Positions 13,501 through 26,571 of a stretch of 64,000 bases of DNA are shown piece by piece. A model generated the notes under the pieces. That model searched no databases. It was not told the DNA's origin and saw nothing but the letters and a program-made list of their open reading frames with translations. Made by a program: the position numbers and the translations under genes. Origin of the DNA: Tubulanus polymorphus (Eukaryota > Animalia > Nemertea). Numbering within the stretch: position 1 is the stretch's first letter; each line of letters begins with the position of its first letter. The stretch is taken from NCBI RefSeq assembly GCF_964204645.1, contig NC_134029.1, positions 6,448,001 to 6,512,000 on the forward strand. Direction: 5' to 3'.

Positions 13501-16500
13501 ATACAATGCTTGGGCACCGGGAAATGGAATCTATGTTAAAGGTTGGCCAAAATTCAGCAAGAAAGGACGAAAGGGAAGATTGCGTCAAGAGGTGTGTATA
13601 AAATCTTGAACATCCAAGCAGTAAGCGGTCGTTCTATGAACTATTTTGGTGGTTTCCTCAATCGATCCGTGCATTCATTTTCTCGGTATTGTTTACAGAA
13701 TTACCGTTCGCCGGAAGAGATCATCAATGAAGAAGGAAACCCAGTGATCGCAGCCCTGAAACAGCAGCTCAACGAAACAAACGCTGTTTGCGAAAAATTG
13801 ATGGCCGATCAACAGAACTTGAACCAGTTGTTAGGACAAGCAAATATCACATCGCAACCAGGTACGAATGCATCTGATTCTTCAAATCAAACCCTCTTTA
13901 ATTCGGAATATGGTGGCCACTGACCTGGAAAACTGGGAATTTGACAAACGCTATTGACCACATGTTTCTCTATCAGTATATGATTCACTGAAAAAAATGA
14001 ATTAATCTTAAACCTAGAAATTTCTCTAATTCACCCAGGGATTTTGTGTAATCACATGGAAAAATGAGGGAAAACTCACGAGATTTGTGAATAGGCGGAA
14101 CAAAACAGTGGCTACCCTGTGTAATCAGAACTTGGAATCTCATCTTGATGTTTCTATTAGTTCGTGAAAAGTGTTTCCCAACTTTTTGTAGGATTCAATA
14201 TGACTGCAGGCAGTCCATACCGTCCGTATCCTGATGTCATGGCCCAGTACACGAATCAGCTAACGCAACAGCAGTTGATGTTCACACTGGCGCAGTGTCA
14301 GCGACAGCTTTACACTCAACAGTTGGAAATGGGTCAGTTACAACAACAGATTCAGACGTTATCTTCCCCGAACAGTCAACACGTCGAACAAGACTTCCGA
14401 TTTCAACCGTTCCTGGCCGCGACGAGCCCGGCGTGTTCGCCGATGTTCCCGGCGTCGATGTTCGGCACGTTGACTCCGCACGGTAACCTGCCGCCAACGG
14501 CGAGAGCAAACTTCTCGTCGGTCGGTCAGCAAACGGAGGGCGGCAGCGGCGGGCGCAAAAAACCGAGTCCGAAACGCCGCGATCAGACGACGACAACCGA
14601 CGACAAACGATCGCCGTCTGCCGGGCGCCACACGCAGACCGAGCGCGACTATTTCAACACCGTTCGCTCTAAAGGTCGACCGTCATTGGACGGAGAATTT
14701 CGAAGCGTTCCGGTTGTCACGCGAACGATCGAAGATATCATGAACGAAGACGACATTCCGAAGTTAAACCTAGAAGAAATTCTGAATTCTGGTAAAAAGT
14801 GAGTACCACCATTTTATCTTCGTAGTATGCTTATGTAAATGGATTTTTTCCCAAACAAAAGCAAACACTTTTTAAAGGAAGTTATGCATTTAATGACACT
14901 GGCCACTTAACTTGGAAATCAGGGAATTTTGTTTTCTTAATAAAGCCTAAGAATAGTCAGAGAATTTTGTAAAGAAGCTCGGGGAATAGTCAATGGAATT
15001 TAATGAGATTGCTAGATCACAGATCTAACTAGTAACCATAAGTCAACGAAATCTTGCTGTATGTTTTTCACTGGGGGAAATCATCGCATTCCTGTTGTAC
15101 AAATTCCAGGCTGCTTCGAAAATCATCTGCCGACATGGATGGCGAAGAAGCCGTCACCGGCAAAGAGTACAAATCGACGAGGAAAATCGCCGGAGCCTGT
15201 TTGTCGAGTAAAAAGAAAACGCCTCCGAAACGAAGCGACACGAATACGACAGACTACGCGCGTCCGGGATTGAGTTCAAACATCAGCGGTACAGCATTCC
15301 TAGAAACAATGAGTCAATCGAGTGCACTGTCGAGTATTCCTCCTCGGGAAGGTGGTGTCGGGTTAGTATTTGTTATTCATTTATTCGATAAATACCCACT
15401 TGTAACAATATCTAAAATAAGAAACGTGTTGAATTTAGCGATGTAGAGTGGTTGATCAGTGTGCCCGCTTAGGCTGACCTGGAAATCAGGGAATTTTTTC
15501 TTTTAAAAAGTTAGAGGATAGTCAGAGAAATTTTTTGAAATAGGCGGTTTCTGTCTATGTCTTATGTATTCAAGTGTGTTGATTGGATTCTTGGCAGTTC
15601 AAGTCAGAGAAAACATTGTTTTCAGAGAAAACAACGTGTCAAGGGATAGTTGCGGAAAAGCAAATCAAATGAAAGTAGCCACCCTGTTTATCATTGAAAT
15701 GTTTTGGCACTTATTGACATGGGATTGGTATTAGGTTGAAGTGACAAAGTTCTGGAATCTCACTAGGAATACTAAAAAGAAAATGGAATCAGTCATAATG
15801 CAAAGATTTTTATATATCATGCAGTATTGTATATGGATACAGAATTGGCAATTGTTCTCAACAACTGTCTAATCTACAAGCCAATACAGAAAAATTTAAA
15901 AAAAGATACTTAAGATGTTTCGTGTTCTGTGTTTCAGAGAAGAGTCTGATAACCCGAACAATGTATCGTTGTTCGACGCATTACGCAAGACGATTTACTC
16001 GGAGGTGGCGACGTTGATCTCGCAGAACGAGCAGAGGCCGCATTTCCTGATCGAACTGTTCCGCGAATTGCAGCTGTTGAACAACGATTACCTGCGACAG
16101 CGGGTTCTCTACTCGGTTCAGGATCTGATATCGAAATTTCTGACGGAAAGCGACAGCGTTGATGGTTCGGCACAAGCGGTAAGCTATCTTTGATTATGTA
16201 TCTCCTTGCGTTAGTAATTCTGATAGATATAAGGCTTGTATTGTAACCGATTAACGTGTGAGAATTATCTGAAAGTACATAACAACAACAGTAACTATGA
16301 ATTAGTAAGATCACAATATTCGTGATGAAGCAGTAAATTTAAAATCCCACAAACGTTGTAAGACTAAAAAGTCAACAATTGTGGGATTTTACATCGACAG
16401 TAACTATAGTACTTTCAATAGTTGTTTATTATTACTGGAGCTAGTATTGCATACCTCTCCTATGTATGTTTAGAAATATCTCGCTTACTCTAAAGCTTTC

Positions 16501-19500
16501 ATCGCTTTGCCAAACGTTCTGATTATTATTATCAGTGACTACTCTATCGATCTTAGTCATGAGATATTGTAAATGGATTCCTGAAACTGATAAACTTTTT
16601 CTCAATTCCTAATTGCGTTTGTGGTAAAAGTTGTCTTTGATTCAGGAATTCATAGTTTGGCGAATGTGCATTGCCTCTCGGACATTATAGAAAATTTGTA
16701 AGGAACTAATTAGTATTAGCCATATGTTTTCGGTCAAACGTTTGATTCTGAGTTTCATGATTTGTTATTTAGCCTCCCCCACGATGGTTGAATCAAACCA
16801 AAGACTCCGAACAAACTCCTAGTGAAAGTTTGTTGACATCTGAAGATGAAGATGTTGTCAGGGTAGGCATTTAAGAGTTCTAAAATTCTACCCAGCCTTG
16901 ATAGCATTTTCCTTTTCATATAAGCGGTACACTGTTGTTTGGATAAAGAGCCCGCTTTTAGGACTGAGCAATTCGATTACTTCACCTCTTAAATAAAACT
17001 GTGCAAGATACAGATTTGCACATTGTTTACATGACAAAATCTGAAATAGTGAAGGAATTTAATTGCTTTTAAGAGTGTGAAACTAGTTCCAGGTGTTCTT
17101 TAGTGCAATATCACAAAAGCTATATTTTATTCTGTTTTAGGCCTAAGTCTGTTTAGTCTTGCTTGATACCGATATAGAATCTGTCGTCAAACGCTTTCTG
17201 ACCATTTTCTCATTTACCGTATTTATCTTCTGTTAACTCCAGACTGCCGATCGGCCAAATTTGAAAGACTTGCGTTCTGGTTCACTTCGCAATGAATTCT
17301 ATGATTACACTGAGAAAGTGGAAAGTATAAGCACAATGTCCACCCCGACGTCGACTAGTGCTTGGGATAATCCTTTTGCTCAGGAAACACTTGGCAACAC
17401 GGTCATTCATTTAGATAAAGTATGTTTTTGTTGTGTTCATTGTTGTCTGCAATGTTTATGATTTCGTTGATACTGATTTTCGCGTTGAAAGCTAAGAATC
17501 CTTCAACAGAGTAAGGATCTTATGATGTTAAAGAGGGATTCATACCATGTTTCGATTCCCTAAAAGAAGGATCTGATAACAATTATTACATATTGATTAG
17601 TTTAGAAGTTTTCAATATTTAACTTTTAAGAAGTAAAACTAGGACCCATTTCTGCAGTTAAGAGATAGATGAATTCAACTGTTAGGTCTGAATTAGATTT
17701 TCATTTTCAATTGCTCAAATTTCGTATAGAACGCACAACTGTGGAACTGGGTCCTAAGTTCAGGCTGAGAACAAACTGACGAAATAACAATAAACAATTG
17801 CATGCATTAAAAATGCGACTAATAGCGCTAACTATTGCTCTGCTTGCCTTGAGACCTTCAACAATATAGAAAATGAAATGCTTTTCTGCAAATTTGTATA
17901 CATTCTGTGATCGAAAGTATTTCATGAAAAAAATGTTAAGATACAGGTATTCGTAATATTTCAGGCTATGCAGAGAATGAGGGAGTTCGAGAGGCAGCTA
18001 GAACGCGAAACATCTAAAGATCCCGATGGAGCGAGTCCGAAAATGTCAAAACCGGACAAACTTAACACCAGCGACGGCCAACCTGCGCACGACGGAAACA
18101 GTGAAAGTTCCATCTCCGAAATATCTGTGAGTTCTCATTCTTCTATGTTTTGTTCTGTCAATTTATTGCATGTCTTAACGTATAAGTTTTATACGGCGCA
18201 ATAAAGAGTTCAAGTTCATCGCTCTAAGGAAGACTCAATGGAAGTGAAATGTTTAGAAAATTATTCAGTTCAAATCTGACAGCGCTGTTTTTCTTCCTTT
18301 TCCTGATTTTAGTATCCACGCATCGACACACAACAGCTCGATTCAGAGATCAAAGCAATCATGACCGAAGTGATACCGGTTTTGAAGCAACATCAGGACG
18401 ACCTGTGCGAGGCCAGCTTACTTTCGTATATTCGACAACTCGTTTTGTACAGCATCAAAGAAGACGATCAAATGGAATTCTCGCGATTCTTCCGCAAACA
18501 ACTGAACAAAGCATTGATGGATATCTTACACAGATTTGAAGGACGCCGGTACGTCATTTCGAGTCAAGGACAATGTTGCCCCTATCTTTCCTTGCCTTCT
18601 CAAGATTATCGTTCATTTTCCAAATTCAAAGGAAACTTAAGAATTAGTGATTAACCTACAAAAGTTACCTGCCTGTTACTTAGGTCAGGGCCCAGTTTTA
18701 TGAATAGTTTAAGCCCAAAACGTTTAGGTTTGAATCAATGGCCTCATTGAAAACATGAAATAATTATAAGCAACTAAACCAGAAATTTTACAAACTGAAC
18801 CCATGTCTTAAGAGCAATAGTTAGCTTTTCCTGATTTATTGGAATGAGTTGTTTGTATTTAGATGCGGGTTACTTAAATCCAAAATGTTGGGCAAATGTC
18901 CCAGGCAGAGGCAATTGTTCTGATACTTGGATTTCACAGGGAATATGTGCGTTTCTTTTTCAGATTGCGTGAATGTAGCGAGGACATTTTAGTCGATATG
19001 TCGGAGATTCTGTTTAACGAACTGGCATTCTTTCGCTTGATGCAGACTATGGACGATCCAACTATCAAATCTATTCCAGGAATTCCCAGCTGGAAACCAG
19101 TAAGTAAAATATCACATACGGCGCCGAAATCACGGAATTTTCAAGTAGTTCACGTGGATGTGATTTGTTCTTTTACAGGAATCGGAAACTACAACTGAAG
19201 CTAGCGCTGCTGAAGGGCAAGATGACCCTAAGCCGGCGGCGGACGGAAGTGATGATAAAGATCGCGATGATGTGGATGAAGAGGGAACAAGTGATGCAGT
19301 CGATGAAGATGATGATATCGGAGCAGTTATCAGCGTTACTCAAAGCGACGAGGAAGATCTAGGAAAGGTATGCGTTCGGATGATTAGATGGGTTCATGCG
19401 TTCGAAATGAATTCTGCTTAAATACAAATTTCAAAGTGGTTGTGAATTTCAATACGAGATTTATTGTGTTTTCACTGAATGTTTTCAGGCTCGTGATGAC

Positions 19501-21389
19501 GACATGGCGAGAACGATTGATATAACCGAAAAGGACGGTGAAAGCGAACGAACATCACCGGTGAAAATAGAACTAGCAGTCAGTGAAACTATACCTTACA
19601 CTCGGTATGTCTATGTATTTATGTCTCCTCGGTGGCTGGAAACATCTCGTTTTTGTCAGCGTGTTGTGTCCGCCATGCCCTTGAGTCGTTGTTAGCGCTA
19701 TATAGCCTGCTATTTCTTGAATCTTGGTATGAGGATTGGGGTGGGGAAGATGTCCTATCATGAATGAAGGTTATGAAAATGAAGGTTATTGGCTTGTATG
19801 ATGTACATGATTTTCAATCAGGATTGGTAGTGATGAGGATGATGAAGATGACGACGACGATGAGAGCGCCGCCAGCGCGGGTGACCCGGCGGAGACTGCC
19901 GTGTCGCGAGCCGCGCAAGAGGAACGCCAGGCGGCCGATGAAAAAGAGGAGAAAGACACCGATTACGAGAAAGATATCGACGAACAGGAAGAGCGAGAGA
20001 ATGCTGGTTTAAACGGCGATGAAATCACGGTTGATGATTTGCCTCCGATGCTGTTCAATAACAACAAGCAAGTAAATATTGAATTTAATTTAATCTAATT
20101 CAGGGTGGCCACTTACCTGGAAAACTCAGGGAATCAGAAAAATCAAGGAATTGACTCATCATCAGATGCAAACTTCTGTTGGGCTCCTATAATATGGAAC
20201 CAGTATATTGATAAATCTAGTTGAGAAAACAGCTAAGCTTGAAGTGGCTGTCTTGATTGCTTAACTAGTAATCCTCATAGAATCCGGATTTTTATCTAAT
20301 TCAGACAAAATTAATCCTTTTATACAAATAGTGTACTGAGATTGTTTAATCTGGATTTCTCATAACTTGGTCCCAAATGCTCTGGATTGATTTAGGCGTA
20401 ATTGATTTAGATCTCAATGGAAACTATAGTATACTTCATGAACCAGTTAACTATGTTAAGAAATTTTCAAGAAAACATGCTGATGCGAATTCTGTGAACC
20501 GTTTTGATCCGGATTTGAATCGGTTTGAAATTTTGGCTCGAGTTTGAATGATACCCGTATTTCATTTGTGTGTTTTCAGTCTGAGATTCAGAAACAAATG
20601 GAGGCCCAAGAACAGGAAACAGACTCAACGGTGGCCGTTATAAGCATTATAGATGATATGATTCCTGCGGGTGAGGCCGAACTGATCGGTGATGGAAATG
20701 CAGCTCCCGAACCTCCAGGTCATTATTTCTTCGGTACTAAATTATAGAAGCGTATGCGTGGCACTCGGTTTCATCAAGGCACGTTAACAAAGTCACTGTT
20801 TTGATCATTGTGAAGATATACCTGTACCCTACTTGATGCACTAATTATAAGTATCCGTAACTGATCAGATTAATGTCACATCCTCCCTCGGCAGGGATTC
20901 AAACCTGATGGCATCGCTAGACTCAGCCATGGCATGAAACCTTGCCACGCTAGACCATCAGGTGTGCAGGTTTGCCGCAAGTTTTCTTGTGGCACCAATC
21001 CGATTGTGTGATCGCTGAGGCAAATTTCCCAGGCTAAAATGAACCAGATATCTGATTGGCTAATAATGACATCATCTGAGCTGTGCATCTATCTGCACAC
21101 CGGGCCTAGTGTGGCAGGGTTTCGTACTGTGGCGAGTCTCGATGCCATCAGGTTCGAATCCCAGCCAGGGAGGATGGTTCTGTCATTGCATGGCTTTTAT
21201 TGAATCTTTTTCATTACTGCAAAGCTTTAAAAACTCAATCTAAAGCAATGCGAACTATCGATCTTGTATCGGCAAACCTTCATGAACACTTTGCTCTTTG
21301 TACACATTTTGTCTGTCGATAGTTTGCTGCATCATCTATTTTTATCGTAGGTTGTTTTTCATATTTCAGCCACTGAAACAGAATGCTAG
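1540..21389 (+). CDS. PCM1: Pericentriolar material 1 protein, about 33 coding exons in window; start codon lies upstream of the window
   Basis: Spliced GT-AG exons translate to PCM1 signatures: TPSTFP..ALENLKQQLNFSD (1540-1785), IVGRLMQIRDYIKQA (2499-2597), IDVQSQASEATT (4501-4647), LKEQRDLLKKMLEQQ / MRDLQTRQVSLL (6648-6930), MATWGGST (~12184-12371), SLFDALRKTIYSEVATLISQNEQRPHFLIELFRELQLLNNDYLRQRVLYS (~15938-16179), PFAQETLGNTVIHLDK, IDTQQLDSEIKAIMTEVIPVLK, LRECSEDILVDMSEILFNELAFFRLMQ, IELAVSETIPYTRIGSDED. Final mini-exon 21370-21389 (ATETEC*). Some internal boundaries are approximate. Confidence 0.95.
2781..3046. repeat. 133-bp direct tandem duplication in a PCM1 intron
   Basis: 2781-2913 and 2914-3046 are identical except for one substitution (cctatt vs cctttt). 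Confidence 0.95.
3801..3996. mobile_element. MITE of the AGGGTCCCTA family (other copies: split copy 10687-~11740; reversed copy ~42500-42690)
   Basis: TIR AGGGTCCCTAC...GTAGGGACCCT. The internal motifs gactccttgattc and gcttgaaactcct are shared with the other copies. Confidence 0.7.
7755..7975. mobile_element. MITE of the CAGGGTGGCCAC family
   Basis: Starts CAGGGTGGCCAC followed by ctggaaaac/cagggaa subrepeats. Related copies at ~2163-2439, 9452-9654, 13126-13276, 13911-14119, ~14899-15020, ~15469-15686, 20101-~20150 and 30275-30543. Confidence 0.75.
9452..9654. mobile_element. MITE of the CAGGGTGGCCAC family
   Basis: TAGGGTCGCCAC...GTGGCCACCCTG terminal inverted repeats; internal ggaaatcagggaa motifs. 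Confidence 0.8.
20879..21176. mobile_element. Long-TIR MITE with B-box-containing arms (copy 1, last PCM1 intron)
   Basis: About 90-bp imperfect inverted arms CATCCTCCCT..GGGATTCAAACCTGATGGCATCG / CGATGCCATCAGGTTCGAATCCC..AGGGAGGATG. Homologous to 34061-34381. Confidence 0.85.
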
Positions 21390-22422
21390 ATACTGTACAA
21401 AAATAGATTCATATTTGTACGGTGTATCTCAACATATACAAGAACGTACCGGAAGCATTTTGTGACATTCTACGAACTGACGGAACGTATAAATATATCA
21501 TTAGATATTATATATTATTCATTGTGCATTTTGAAATTTTGTTTTGCCGTGTATAAAATCGATATACTTAGTATGTAATCCTGTCTTCAACTGTGCACGA
21601 AGCTATTTGTCTCACAAACATATAATGACTCCTAAACCATCAAACCTTACAACCGACTTAACTCTGAGACTCAGTTTTAGCTCATTATGGTTTGGTTGCC
21701 TATCTAAAAACTGAGACCAGCTTTTGAATTACTGCAACTGTCTTCTGTGTTGTAAAACCGTGTGTGTTGAAATGCTGTGATATGAAGACTTGATGTGTTA
21801 GGAATTCCCGTTGAATTTTACTTCAATCAAATCTTGTAATACTAGTTTTGAGTTTGTATACAACTTCATTTGTTTCGTTATCCTAATAAATGAGTCTGAG
21901 ATTATTTTTTTCTGTGTTCAGCTTCAGCTACATGTTTAAAAAGAGGTTTTCAAATTTCCCACCAAATAAAACTTTCGCGAATTTGTACTTAATGAATGTG
22001 GGTTTTTCGTTGATTTCAATTTTATGTTAGAGAAAATATTACCCTAATACGACAATATTTGTATTCATTGTTAGATAGAAAAACAAAGAATTTCAAAAGT
22101 TTCAAATTGTAAATAAGCTGGGCTACTATAACTCGAATTCGATAGTTAATTAGATAGTTAGCATAGATTGTAGATGAAACATATGCAGATAATATGCGCT
22201 GTTGTAGTAAGGATAATATAGTGCTGTGATGAATTTATCTTCACCTGGGGGTGGCCTTTCATTTCTTGTTGTTCAATTAGTTTAGTACTACATACGATGT
22301 TAAGTTGAATCTTACGTATATGGTGTCAGATATAAGAGCCCTGAGATTTTGAACCAAAGGAGCAATTTGATTACTGGTGATTTCACAGGGGATGTAATGA
22401 TGAACTCTATGGGTTAATCAAA

Positions 22423-22595
22423 CAGTAGACTCTGCCCGAGTCGGATCCGGTCAACTCAGATAACCGTTCAACTCGGATGCTTGTTAAGATATTTTTTGTG
22501 ACTTTTCAAGAAATACATAACATCCAACTCTGATATTGCTCAAGTCGGATGCATGTTTTCAGTACCGAGAGACCCGACTTGAGCGGAGTCTACTG
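22423..22595. mobile_element. Tc1/mariner-pogo-like MITE in the PCM1 3' UTR region
   Basis: TIR CAGTAGACTCTGCCCGAGTCGG...CCGACTTGAGCGGAGTCTACTG followed by TA. A related CAGTA-type element lies at ~44388-44560. Confidence 0.7.
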
Positions 22596-25500
22596 TATGA
22601 TAAAGGACCCTGTTCCACAATTATCTGCTTGATAGTTCATTTCTAATGTTTTAAACTGAGAAATGTGTGTAGAACTAGTTTTAGATCTATTGCAGTTGGA
22701 ACCATAGGGTTCAGCTTTATATACATTATGTTAGTACCAAAGGGTTCCGCTTCATATATACATGTTTATTATCATTCCTGCCCATGACAGAAATAACTTT
22801 CGTAATCATAGTTTTCTGTAGTTACTGTGTTGAGTTGGGTTTGTAGGTTATTGCGTAACACGCATGAGTTACTGTAGAAAAACTGCTGAATATATTAGAC
22901 ATTTTGTGTGAAAAATGGTTTTCATTTCTATCTTGTGATTCATATTAAATCTGATCGCTGTAACGAGGTATTGAATGTAGAAATATTTTACCAGAGAATA
23001 CTTTACTTTGAAGGAATCAAATTACTACTTGATAATCAAAATCTGTTGTATAAATTTTGCACTTTCGCTCTGTGCGTTTTCTCTTTGATACATCGTCACT
23101 TCTGACTTGGTGTAGTTGTTTTACTATCTTGAAAATGTATCTTCACTGCGTCAATGCTTTGTTTTTGAATCTCGTTTTGTCATGTGCTTTGTACAAACTC
23201 TAAAATAGACACCTAGCAATGGAACGCTAAATTTGGTGTGGTTTGTTGTATAATAATAGGATGTATTTGATGATGAATTCACCAACAATAACGTTTTTTG
23301 TTTGTATTTTAGTCGGTTAATCTTCTATTTCTGATTCTCACAAAAATTGATGACTGACAGGTCCTGATTGATGTAGAGTATTTGGACCTGTTTTGTATCT
23401 TTATTCACTCCAATAAACTACAGTGGAGTATAATGATGACTTGTTTTTATTTAATGGTGGTTTCCTGGTTGGTGTCTTGAGATATTTTTCTCTGTTCTAT
23501 GGTTAACTAACCCTAGTGTTGTAATTGGTCTTTATCTAAACAAGTAGGCCACACCTAGAACTGTTGTGATAGAATGGAGCTTATCACCTAATGTCGACAA
23601 ATGGGCTATATCCATAAAGTTTCGCGATTGGTTTAGAGTGGATCATCTGGAATTAAACACCATATCCACGATGGCAAGATATGGCCCATTCGTTTAACAC
23701 TAGGACTGTATTATTAATCTGGAATAATCAACTTGATCTTAACAAACTTGCTACGCCTTTGGTTGGCATAGGCCCATCCTCACCTTGCGAATTTTGAATT
23801 TTGTTGAAATGCACATTTTAAATCTTCAATATAGATCCTAGATCCTGACCAATCGAGATCAATAAAGGACTGGAACGAGCCAACTTGGTCATTGATATCC
23901 ATGTACATGTATTCCATTAGAAATGCACAATAATTCAGAAGTGTTGTAGTTTAATTTTTTATTAGCAAGACACGAAGTTGATACTCGTACATAAATCAAT
24001 GTACATATACATATTTGTATAGATATAAATGAATATTCTCTATATACAAAGCAATAATAGTAAATGCACAGCCCACTAAAACAAGAATATAATAGCACAA
24101 ATCCGTATTGTATACACATTCCATCATAGATATTGTTTATGTAATTCTCTGATTCATAATCAAGTTTGATATATTTATGACCACAAGAGGGGTTGAGAAG
24201 ATTAGCAGAACATTTTCCGAACCGAGCGATCTTTATCGGCCAAGAAAGCCACCAGGACCCGCATTTAGAGCCATTAATCGCCGGTTTTCAAAACTGGTAA
24301 ACTGGAATTTAAATGAAGATCTTGGTCAAAAGTAACCTTCTCGGGTCAAACATTCATACATAATGCGCACATGAATTGCATTGATAGTTGAATACCGGGG
24401 TACACTTAAATTCCTGAATTCTAAGATTATCAAGCAAATTTAATATGCATACATTTTCAAATTACACATACCGGTTAATACATACACACGTACATACTTA
24501 ACATGAATTATTCAATTATTCGCAATTTCTCTATGAAAACTGGTTATTCAAGTGGTATTTGCATTTATCATACTGACAAAAATGTCCAAATGACTTCTTA
24601 CGAATATTTATGAATAAAAAGAACATATTCGAGGCCTGGATGCGCAGACAATATATGCGCGGTTATGCAATTGTTAAGATTTTGTCACAGGAAAAAGACA
24701 TTTCACACAAACTTTGACCCATATACATAATGCGCGATCGATCGATAGGGTGAATGCTGTGAGAAAATACGATTCAGACGTCCTTGTAGGTGTTAACAAG
24801 TGACAGTAAAATAAGCCGAAAAGATAAACAATGTGACAGTAGGTGTGTGTCTGAGAGGGCATAGAACGCTTCATCTCAATTGACTCCCAATTTGCTGTTT
24901 TCACACAAACCGCAAACTTAAATCAGTTTCAATTTTGACTCCCAATTTCAGAATTGCGCTGTTTTAACGCATACTGCAAACTTAAATAAGTTAAACAATT
25001 TATAAACTGATAATTTTCTAAGCAAACTTACTAGTCATGGGCTCGATGAAAAATACTCAAACCTATTCACACTTCGAAACAAACCTTTCACATTCATTCA
25101 TTCATCATTCTGTCTTCATTATCATCAACCACATCATTCAGCTCGTCACGATAAAAATGCTAAATTTTCCTTCATCAAAATTGATGGAAAGGACGTATAA
25201 GACCAAAAATTGCCTAGATTATCTATCGGCACTAGCCTAGATATAATGTCTACAGCAGCTTGGAGTTAGAAAAAAACTAAGACCGTATAAAACATTCACA
25301 TTCATTCAAAAGAACAAGGATCTAATATTCATACTTGCTGGGAGCATACAGTATTAATACATAGATTAGACACTATTTAGATATATTATAGAATTAGCCA
25401 CTTAGGAATAAGCTTTACACAATTTCGAAGGATCTTCGTCAGCTTCCGATGCAGCCTCGGAGTAATCATTGAAAGGAATCATTCAATAATTACTCCAAGA

Positions 25501-26571
25501 TGCAACTGATCCCGATAGCAACTGATCAGTCTATCAGTGCTTCCCGACCTGTCATGCTCCTCAATGAACAGAGCTGACAGTCTGAAGCCAACCTTCAGCG
25601 CTCATTCATACTCAGTTTGAGGAGACCATTACACTTTGTATCTAACGCGATCTAGAGACAAGATTATGCTCATTGGAGTTGTAAGCAATTACGCTTGATC
25701 CTTTTGTATCGATAGCAAGAATACCTAGCAATTTTAGCAAGAAATGAAGGTGTTTGGTCATTAGCCGACAATACACAACACCGCAGAAATACCATGAACA
25801 CATATCACAACACTTACTGGTGTCTCCTAACTAGAAATAATGCTTACCACAATTGGAATTACTTTTTTAAATTCATCGAAAAAGAGTGAATCGACAACAT
25901 TTTAATCGGGGTTCAACCCATTTCGAGTGACCATTCGCAAGAGCAGTCGGTATATCTATCTACATATACCTTAATTGTTCTTTCCATTAATCAACGACGA
26001 ATATCTGACCGACTTGATATTAGGAGAAAATGGCAATTCCTGGGCACCTGTTTTTCTGCAGTTATGTAGTAATCGAGCATAATGTCGTGTACAGGTACAT
26101 CTCAAAGAGGTAATCGTACAACTAAAAATCAGGTTGAATTTGCCTCGAATTTCATATTCGTTCGAGGTCCAAAATCAACCTGAGGCCAATCTTTACCTTA
26201 AACATCTGAACAAAGTCGCTCCACAATTCTCAAATGGCTTCATAATGCACGTTACATATACATCTAAATAGCACTAGTCATTCACTGACGTTTTTTAAAA
26301 TCACATTTTGTTTTGTTCCACGAAAGATCATTCGTCGTAATACTAATACTGAAAACTAATTTTTGTTTCAAAATCGTTAATCTCCGAGGCAAGTTGGCAA
26401 GAAATCTTATTCTTCAAACATTTAAAAACGATCGGCGGGTAATTGGCATAAATGTTCTCTTTCTTGACTATATGTATGTATGTATATATGTATGTATATA
26501 CGTATATGCGTGCATTCTTAAAAACTGTACTGATGCCAGAGAAGAGTGGGGTAACTTTGTTCGGCATCTAG

